IMG/VR virus record: IMGVR_UViG_3300030029_000205
Reading direction: 5' to 3' (one strand)
DNA from: a virus
Lineage: Duplodnaviria > Heunggongvirae > Uroviricota > Caudoviricetes
DNA length: 27,607 nucleotides
The position numbers were made by a program, and so were the translations under genes. Under the pieces are notes generated by a model. The model had not been told where the DNA came from and made no database searches. It was given only the letters and a program-made list of their open reading frames with translations. Shown piece by piece: positions 17,376 through 24,473 of the stretch. Positions within the stretch are counted from its first letter, which is position 1; each line of letters opens with the position of its first letter.

Positions 17376-18461
17376 ATGAAGGTAGAAGATACCAGTGGTA
17401 TGAGACCAAAACTTGGTGATGCTAATATTACTTTACCAATTACATTTGACTATTCAGGTGGTAGAAAAGATAAACAGAAGAGTATAAAGTTATGGTCAAT
17501 TATTTTAGGAATAGTTGGTTTTATAGTTACACTGGGTATATTTTTCGGGGATAAAGAATTTTATATAAAGATACCTTTAGGTATAGCATCTATTTTTGTA
17601 TTTTCTTTTGTAATTAGATTTCTTTTATTAAAAGAAAAGGAAAAGAAAGAGGAATATAAGGGTATTATTGCTAATGATTATAAAATGGATTATAAAGAAT
17701 TTTGGGGTATTTATAATGTAGAAGATATGCATCCTTATATTTGTAGGTTTAGAAATGGTAAAAGTGGTCTTTACATAAGGTTAAATAAAGATGTTATTCT
17801 TGGTAAATATGCTGATTCTGAGTATGAGCACTATGAAGCTATTGCAGATGCTTATAATCTTGCAGGTGCTGATAAGGTTCAGATGGTTCATATAGATTAT
17901 ATGGATAATGTAGGTTCAGATGAAAGACTTGAAGAATCTTTCATCGCTTTAGAGGATGTTAAAAACCCTGATTTAAAGGAGTTATTGACAGATATATACA
18001 GTTTCCAGCAGTCAAATATGTTGCATAGGGTAACAACTTTTGATATTTATGTTTTTATGTGGACTGGAAATGATATATCGGCTTGGAACACAATAAGTCG
18101 TATTTTAAATTGTTTTTTGGAAGCTAATTATCGTAGTTATCAGATATTAAATGAAAGGGATTTACGAGAGCTTACAAAAACAATTTTTAATTTAAATGAT
18201 TTTTCCGTTGCTGATGCTTCAGCTCATGCTTTTGAAGGTTCAGATAGTAGCAAGAATATTGTTCCTATTTCTATAGAAAATGCTGATGGCTCTGTAGAAA
18301 TAATAAATAAAACTTCAGAAGAGAAGGCTAAGGAAAGAGAAGCTCATATCAAGGAAAGAAAGGCTCAGGAAGAAGAGCTTGAGCGTAGAAAGAGAGAAAA
18401 GAAAAATAAAAAACATAAATCTGAAGATAGTAATGAGGATATTTATAAGGATATGTTTTAA
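17376..18461 (+). CDS. Two-TM membrane protein with cytoplasmic domain and charged coiled-coil tail; VirB3/PrgI/TcpE-like candidate
   Basis: SD GGAGG at 17364-17368 favours ATG 17376 over TTG 17361. Two adjacent TM helices near the N-terminus and a position upstream of the VirB4-like gene. The family call is inference. Confidence 0.55.
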   Translation: MKVEDTSGMRPKLGDANITLPITFDYSGGRKDKQKSIKLWSIILGIVGFIVTLGIFFGDKEFYIKIPLGIASIFVFSFVIRFLLLKEKEKKEEYKGIIANDYKMDYKEFWGIYNVEDMHPYICRFRNGKSGLYIRLNKDVILGKYADSEYEHYEAIADAYNLAGADKVQMVHIDYMDNVGSDERLEESFIALEDVKNPDLKELLTDIYSFQQSNMLHRVTTFDIYVFMWTGNDISAWNTISRILNCFLEANYRSYQILNERDLRELTKTIFNLNDFSVADASAHAFEGSDSSKNIVPISIENADGSVEIINKTSEEKAKEREAHIKERKAQEEELERRKREKKNKKHKSEDSNEDIYKDMF

Positions 18462-18478
18462 TATGGAGGTTGTTTGTT

Positions 18479-20017
18479 ATGTTAGTTATGTTATCTTGTG
18501 GAAAGAATAGTAATCAAATAGTTAATACGGTAAAAAGTCAAATAGACAATGTGGACTTTTATTGTTATTACAATGTGGATGAGTTCATAAGTCAGAGTAC
18601 TTTAAGACATTTAGCTTTTGATAGATTGGTATTTACTTCAAAGTTTATATCAAATGATAAGGATATGGGTAAACTTTGTGATTTCATTCGAAAGGAATTA
18701 AATTCTGTAGAGATTGTAATGATAGTACAAAAAGGAAATACTTCTCAAGAGGAGATGTTTAAGAAGTATTTTGATAGTCCTATGTACACAGTAATGTATG
18801 TTGATAGTCCTACAACTATGTGTCTTGTAGATTCTATCAGAGAGCCAATACAGGTAGTTAAGGCTCGATATTATACTCTCGATAAGCAAGAGAGTCATAA
18901 TAAAAAATCGAAGATGGGTATGTTTAAAGGTGGAAAAAAGGAAGATAAGAATAATTCTAAAAAATCTGGAATTAGTTCTTCGGGAAAAGAAGTATCTTCA
19001 GCTGTAGAGAAAGTTGAAGAGGTGGAAGGGAATAACGTTAAAGATTACAGTAATGTAAATTTAGGTAAAAGTATTCCGAATGGTATTAGTGTGGATACTA
19101 ATTTATCAGGTGCTGATTTTGATAGTGTTAATAAATCAGAATTTGAAAAAGATGTTTCGGTTTCTAATGGAGAAGGAGATTTCAGTAGTCCAAATGACGT
19201 TTCTACAACTGATGAATTTGATTTGTCCATTGGAGAATATGGTAGTCAGCATTCTGATTCAGGTTTTGTAGGGGACGATGATTTATCTGAGTTAGAAGCA
19301 TATGCTCAAGGTAAAGAAAAAGAGCAGGTTTCGGTAGAGCAGACTTCGGAAGAGAAAGTTTCTAAAGAAGAGTATACTCCCAATACAAATGTAAGTAAAC
19401 AGGAAACAAAGGGTAATATAAATATAACAAGTAGTAGTGTTAATGTATTAACTAAATACAATATAATGACTGGTATAAATGGCTCAGGGGTAACAGCATA
19501 TGTAGTAAAAACAGCTATGGCTGAGAGAAATAAAGGCAAGAGGGTAGCAATAGTAGATTTGGATGTAAAAGAACACGGTATTTTGTCTTTTATCGATGTA
19601 AAAAGATTTTACAAGACAAATTGCTTAGGGGGTATTGTTAGAAATAAACCTTATAACGAAGATGGAATAGATATCTTTTCAGATGGTTATGGTTTTAGAG
19701 TTGGGGATAATATTTTGTCTAAACTAATACCTACATTAGATTTTTATGATGTAGTTTTATTTGATTGTCCTTTAACTTGTTTAAATGTAATTTCTGATAG
19801 TTTTATTAAGGAATGCTCCGTTTTTGTTGGTTGCATATCTGATATAAGTAAACTGATTGAAACTTCCAGTGTATTAGAGGATAGAGATAGTGTTTCCTTA
19901 AATAAAGAAATCTATATAGTAGAAAAAGGAATTGTAGCTAATAAGTTTATAAGAAGAGATGATGTCATCAATCTGAAAGAACTTATGTTGTTTCCAAATG
20001 GTTGTTGGTTGAAGTAA
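18479..20017 (+). CDS. Receiver-like domain, acidic linker and degenerate MinD/ParA-type P-loop domain (CpaE/TadZ-like architecture)
   Basis: SD GGAGG at 18465-18469 favours ATG 18479. C-terminal motifs IMTGINGSGVT, GKRVAIVDLD and YDVVLFDCP. The N-terminal ~130 aa show alternating beta/alpha patterning. Confidence 0.6.
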   Translation: MLVMLSCGKNSNQIVNTVKSQIDNVDFYCYYNVDEFISQSTLRHLAFDRLVFTSKFISNDKDMGKLCDFIRKELNSVEIVMIVQKGNTSQEEMFKKYFDSPMYTVMYVDSPTTMCLVDSIREPIQVVKARYYTLDKQESHNKKSKMGMFKGGKKEDKNNSKKSGISSSGKEVSSAVEKVEEVEGNNVKDYSNVNLGKSIPNGISVDTNLSGADFDSVNKSEFEKDVSVSNGEGDFSSPNDVSTTDEFDLSIGEYGSQHSDSGFVGDDDLSELEAYAQGKEKEQVSVEQTSEEKVSKEEYTPNTNVSKQETKGNINITSSSVNVLTKYNIMTGINGSGVTAYVVKTAMAERNKGKRVAIVDLDVKEHGILSFIDVKRFYKTNCLGGIVRNKPYNEDGIDIFSDGYGFRVGDNILSKLIPTLDFYDVVLFDCPLTCLNVISDSFIKECSVFVGCISDISKLIETSSVLEDRDSVSLNKEIYIVEKGIVANKFIRRDDVINLKELMLFPNGCWLK

Positions 20018-20042
20018 ATGATACTAAAAGGGGTATAGGTTT

Positions 20043-21284
20043 ATGAATATATTGGTGTCAGATACAACTAAAACTTATGAGGGTTGGTTGGTATTAAGAA
20101 CATTGGGTGATGTAGAAAGAGTAGTAGGTAATATTGATAATTTAGTATATTATTGTAGTAAAGAACCTACTGATGAAAAAATAAAACATCTTTCCAATAT
20201 CTATAAAAACAAGGTAAATTGTAAGATTACCTATGTTTGTAATAAAGATAAAGTAGATAATGCCGTTAGAATGTTAATAACTGGAGGATTAAAAGGTAAG
20301 TACATTGACGATGAGTTCTTTTTAGATGATGTAAGAGAGCTTAATTCTTTGATAACTGATTTAGCGGTAGTAGCTGATACGAAGGATTTATCAAGTAGCA
20401 CTGTACTTACAGATTTTTTTAATAGGTATATAAATGGGGAAAGTTCGGGAATATCCAAAGGGTATTTGCAGGTAGTAAAGAATGCAGCTCTTGAAATGAC
20501 AGAAGCTTATCACGCTAAGAATGTAGAATTGTTGCAGATGTCTGAGTCAGCAGCTGAGATATTTAGTAATTCCGTAGAATTGATTACTCAGATGAAAGAG
20601 CAACAATCCAATCTTGAGAGGGATTTGAATAAATTAAGGGAGTCAAAAAAAGAATTAGAGGCTTTTGAGTATAAACCATCAAGTATAGGTTCTTCAGTAA
20701 TGTATTATCCCAGAGTAACATATATGAAGAATAAAACTATTATAAAGATTAAGGATTTGTGTAATTGTGATTACCTGTTTTCTTTTTTACTTGGTTTTAG
20801 GGATTACTTAGATAAGATTAAGCTTGTAAGACCAAAATTAATAGTAATAGAACCGATAGGTAAGTGTATTGAAGATTATTATGAAGATTTTGACTGGGTA
20901 ACGAGTGTATCTAAGAATGATTCAAGAAAATACTACGGTTCGGTGACTTTTTGTAATTGTCCCACATCAGGTGTATTGTCAAAATTACTTAATGATACCA
21001 ATTTTGATACATTTGTAGTATTAGATAGGACAGTTAATTATAAGGAACATATTCTAAACAGCAAAGGTAATGTTCTGTACGCTGTAAATGGTATATCAAT
21101 GCTAAAGAAGTTTAAAATACAGAAGAGTAAATGTATTTTAACTAAAAAGGAAATAGAAGGAAGTTTGTTATCAATACCCTTTTTTAATGATTATCCTGAG
21201 AGGGATGACCAAAGGGTTAATTTGTATTTAAAAGAGTGTACAGCTCTATATGAGTTGTTATATGATAGTAGATTTCTAAAATAG
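20043..21284 (+). CDS. Hypothetical protein: possible atypical receiver-like N-terminus, central coiled coil and alpha/beta C-terminal domain
   Basis: 413-aa ORF starting MNILVSD, with heptad-like LITQMKEQQSNLERDLNKLRESKKELE. Confidence 0.6.
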   Translation: MNILVSDTTKTYEGWLVLRTLGDVERVVGNIDNLVYYCSKEPTDEKIKHLSNIYKNKVNCKITYVCNKDKVDNAVRMLITGGLKGKYIDDEFFLDDVRELNSLITDLAVVADTKDLSSSTVLTDFFNRYINGESSGISKGYLQVVKNAALEMTEAYHAKNVELLQMSESAAEIFSNSVELITQMKEQQSNLERDLNKLRESKKELEAFEYKPSSIGSSVMYYPRVTYMKNKTIIKIKDLCNCDYLFSFLLGFRDYLDKIKLVRPKLIVIEPIGKCIEDYYEDFDWVTSVSKNDSRKYYGSVTFCNCPTSGVLSKLLNDTNFDTFVVLDRTVNYKEHILNSKGNVLYAVNGISMLKKFKIQKSKCILTKKEIEGSLLSIPFFNDYPERDDQRVNLYLKECTALYELLYDSRFLK

Positions 21285-21298
21285 TAGGGGGTAATTAT

Positions 21299-23359
21299 AT
21301 GTCGCTTTTTTCTAAAAGTGAATATCCTGATGTAAAAATATCTGCGTATGAGTTTTGGAAGACTCATTTGATGAATCATTTTAGGAAAGATTTAAGTTCA
21401 TACCCTAAACTTAGGGATTATAATTTTTATGCAAACGAGAATGCTACTATGAGTGGTAAAACTCGTATTTCCTATTACTATACAATAGATGGGTATCCAA
21501 CTGAAACACCTATTGATTTTAGGTCAGATATAAGAGATATGGCAAGGGGCGATGTCAGGGTATCTTTTATTTCCACTTTTGAGCCTACTAATATAGATTG
21601 GAATAGTCCTCAGTTACGGTCTAAAATTAAAACTTGGAAGAGTGTTGAAGAAGACTCAGAGGAAGTTAACAGCTATAACTATTATAAGTATGCTACTGCA
21701 TTGTCAAGCAGGTCAAGAAGAAAATCTTCTTTGATTTATTTAAGGGATGCTCAGCTCCGTAAGAGAAACTTATTTAAATACAGAACTATGATGGTTGTTA
21801 GTGGTTTCAGGGGTGAGAGTTTTGATAAGTCCGTATTCGATATATTGGATTATTGTAAGTCAAAAGATTTTCAAGTAACAAGAATAGAGCAGAGTTTAGG
21901 AGAATTTTTAAGAGCTTTTAGTCCATTTTCTGCTCAGTTTACAAGTAAGGTGTTAAAGCAGGTAGGTAATAATACTATTCCTGATGAACAAATAGCCAGA
22001 TTTAGTACATATTCTCAAGGTAAGATAGGAAAGACAGGTATTATGTTTGGCACTGATATACATTCAGGTTTTGCTGTTTTTAAGCAGATTAAGAAAAGTG
22101 ATGTAGATGCCGAGAATATACTTATTACTGCTGAAACAGGCGGTGGTAAATCTTATTTTGCTAAGTATTTAATATTACAGCTTATTTCTTATGACTATTT
22201 TAACGGGACAATAAATGATATAGAGGGTAGTGAATATTTACCTTTTGCGAATTATTTAAGTCATAATGATAAAGTAGTAGTTCTTAATATGGCTGAAGGT
22301 CAGGGTTGTTATTATGACCCATTTGAAATATCTTTAACAGGTGTAGATAAGTTAGATAAAGACTTGTTTACCTTTTGCAAGTCTTTTACAAATACAATAT
22401 TTAGGGTATTGATTGGAGAGACTTTACTTGATCAAAATGTTTGGGCACAAAAGATAGTAAATAATGCAATTGCATTAGCCTACTCTTCAATAGGGGTAGA
22501 TGAAAATGATAAATCTACTTGGGGTAATACTAAAGGGTATGATTTGTTTTATGTTTACTCTAAGTTTAAAGATTTGTATAAAGAGTGTATAGAGTTGCAG
22601 AAATCTGACAAGGTATTAGAGCTTTATGATATGTATAAAGTCAATCCAGAATATAAAGATACTTTGGATAAGGTAGTAGCAAAATTATCTGAGTATTTTG
22701 AGCCTTTTGAGCACGGTGGTATTCGTTCAGATGTATTCAGAAATAGGGTATCTTTGAGTGATATAGTAGATGCAAAGCTGTTAATTAACTCATTTGGTAT
22801 GGAAGGAAGGTCAGCTGATACTATAGACAAGACTCAGATGACCTTATCTCAAATTTCAGCAGCTAATATTTCTTATATAAGAAGTATATTTTCTAAGGCT
22901 CAGGGTAAATTTAACTTTAAGGTATGGGAAGAGTTTCAAAGATGGGGACAATTTCCAGGTTCAGCAGTAACTATTAAGACAGCTATTACAGGCGGTAGAA
23001 AACTTGGTGATGTTAACTTCATCATTACTAATAATGTTAAAGAGTTGTTAGATGATGATAGATTTGCTATTTTTGATAATATCACTTCTTTTGCATTAGG
23101 TGCAATCGCATCTCAGTCTACAAGAAAGAGATTATGTGAAGAACTGTCTGTCGCTAATTTACAAGGCGAGTTAGATAGCATAGTATTAAAGAAGGGTAAT
23201 CCTGAATCGTTTGAAACAAATAATATATTACAGAGTAAATATGATAAGGCTTTCTTGGTTGGGTTAGATAAGACAATATTTACTATCTCAAAGGCTGAGT
23301 TACCATCTCATATTGCATCAAGTAAAATATTCAAGACTGGTGTAGAAATTAAGAAATAA
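21299..23359 (+). CDS. VirB4/TcpF/ConE-like conjugation ATPase (divergent)
   Basis: ENILITAETGGGKSYFAK (Walker A), INDIEGSEY, YDPF, KVWEEFQ (Walker B), GGRKLG..FIITNN. P-loop in the C-terminal two-thirds and no TM segment. Confidence 0.75.
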   Translation: MSLFSKSEYPDVKISAYEFWKTHLMNHFRKDLSSYPKLRDYNFYANENATMSGKTRISYYYTIDGYPTETPIDFRSDIRDMARGDVRVSFISTFEPTNIDWNSPQLRSKIKTWKSVEEDSEEVNSYNYYKYATALSSRSRRKSSLIYLRDAQLRKRNLFKYRTMMVVSGFRGESFDKSVFDILDYCKSKDFQVTRIEQSLGEFLRAFSPFSAQFTSKVLKQVGNNTIPDEQIARFSTYSQGKIGKTGIMFGTDIHSGFAVFKQIKKSDVDAENILITAETGGGKSYFAKYLILQLISYDYFNGTINDIEGSEYLPFANYLSHNDKVVVLNMAEGQGCYYDPFEISLTGVDKLDKDLFTFCKSFTNTIFRVLIGETLLDQNVWAQKIVNNAIALAYSSIGVDENDKSTWGNTKGYDLFYVYSKFKDLYKECIELQKSDKVLELYDMYKVNPEYKDTLDKVVAKLSEYFEPFEHGGIRSDVFRNRVSLSDIVDAKLLINSFGMEGRSADTIDKTQMTLSQISAANISYIRSIFSKAQGKFNFKVWEEFQRWGQFPGSAVTIKTAITGGRKLGDVNFIITNNVKELLDDDRFAIFDNITSFALGAIASQSTRKRLCEELSVANLQGELDSIVLKKGNPESFETNNILQSKYDKAFLVGLDKTIFTISKAELPSHIASSKIFKTGVEIKK

Positions 23360-23368
23360 GGTGTTTAT

Positions 23369-24283
23369 ATGACTAATTTAGTTGATAAGCTGAAGAATAA
23401 AAAGATATGGTTAGCTGTAATAGGTTTAGGCATATTAGTAATTGTTATGATTATTGCAGGTTCTTGTGATAAGCGTAATAAAGAGAAAAAGCAAGCTGAG
23501 GTTGATAAGTATACAGAAGAACAGCTTGCTCAAATTGATAGCGGTAATGCAGATGATTCATTGCTGATGCAAATGCAAGATGATTTAGAGGTAGACTTTG
23601 GTATCGCTCCAGACGGGTATATTTGGAATATAGATGGTACTTTACTTAGTCAGGGTGATAAGTCTATGTCGGCTGAAGAAGTGGTATATGCTTATTTAAA
23701 TGGTCTTAAATCACTTGATTTTTCTGCAGTTCAGAAGTATTCAAGGGAGAGTGTAGTAGCTGAAGAGTATTCAAGCTATTTCAGTGATTTGGATAAAAAT
23801 ACAGATTACTATGATGCTTTCGTAAGAAATATTTATAGAGATTGTTTACTCTCATTCGAAATAAAGGGTATTGAAAATACATCTATTTTTGCTGAGAATA
23901 AACAGGTATTTACTGTAAAAGTAAATATGCTTGATTTAACTCAAAAGGATTTTTGGTTAAAGGATAAAGATACAATTTATAAAAATCTTATGGTTTACAG
24001 TTCAGACCAATCAGATAGTACAAAAGCGGATATGTATTTATATGACTATATAAATAGTTATTATGAGGGTAAAGATGCTTTACGAAGAGATGTTACTTTT
24101 GATATAACGCTCCAAAAATACCCAGATTTAGATACAGGTTGGCTTGTTTCAGTAGATACTGATGTAGATTCGGCTTGTAGATATGCAGACGGTAAATTGG
24201 TTGTAAGCTACATTAATGAAGAGTTTGGTAAAGAAGGTGTCGATTACTTAAAATCTTTAGAGCCTACAACAGAGGAGGATTAA
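23369..24283 (+). CDS. Bitopic membrane protein with NTF2-like extracellular domain; VirB8/TcpC-like candidate
   Basis: Basic N-terminus and TM WLAVIGLGILVIVMIIAG. SAEEVVYAYLNGLKSLDFSAVQKY and the terminal ITLQK...GWLV pattern are typical of NTF2-like DUF4878/DUF5105-type proteins. Confidence 0.55.
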   Translation: MTNLVDKLKNKKIWLAVIGLGILVIVMIIAGSCDKRNKEKKQAEVDKYTEEQLAQIDSGNADDSLLMQMQDDLEVDFGIAPDGYIWNIDGTLLSQGDKSMSAEEVVYAYLNGLKSLDFSAVQKYSRESVVAEEYSSYFSDLDKNTDYYDAFVRNIYRDCLLSFEIKGIENTSIFAENKQVFTVKVNMLDLTQKDFWLKDKDTIYKNLMVYSSDQSDSTKADMYLYDYINSYYEGKDALRRDVTFDITLQKYPDLDTGWLVSVDTDVDSACRYADGKLVVSYINEEFGKEGVDYLKSLEPTTEED

Positions 24284-24284
24284 A

Positions 24285-24452
24285 ATGACAGCAGGTAGTA
24301 TAATTTTAGAAGGATTTTTGTCTGTAATTTATATATTTTTGTTTTCTCATTTAACTGTAGATAAAGATATCCCATCAACTATGAAGATAGTTAGTTGGAT
24401 TGTATTTATTGGTATTGCAGTAGTATATTTCTTATGCAAGGTTGTTTTTTAA
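24285..24452 (+). CDS. Small two-TM membrane protein (55 aa), not in the ORF track
   Basis: SD GAGGAGG at about 24272-24278, ATG 24285, TAA 24450-24452. Translation MTAGSIILEGFLSVIYIFLFSHLTVDKDIPSTMKIVSWIVFIGIAVVYFLCKVVF; fills the gap exactly. Confidence 0.75.
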   Translation: MTAGSIILEGFLSVIYIFLFSHLTVDKDIPSTMKIVSWIVFIGIAVVYFLCKVVF

Positions 24453-24473
24453 GGTTGACGAGGAGGGTATTTT

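Noticed and set aside
18479..20017. Functional ParA partition ATPase or a complete Tad pilus locus
   Set aside because: The P-loop lysines are missing, no ParB is adjacent, and no TadA/CpaF, TadB/C or Flp pilin with a prepilin motif was recognised.
23369..23470. Lipoprotein signal (IIAGSC; similarly LTVASC in the 3597 ORF)
   Set aside because: The lipobox match is imperfect and, for 3597, the Cys is far from the N-terminus. Both are treated as TM anchors pending a SignalP run.
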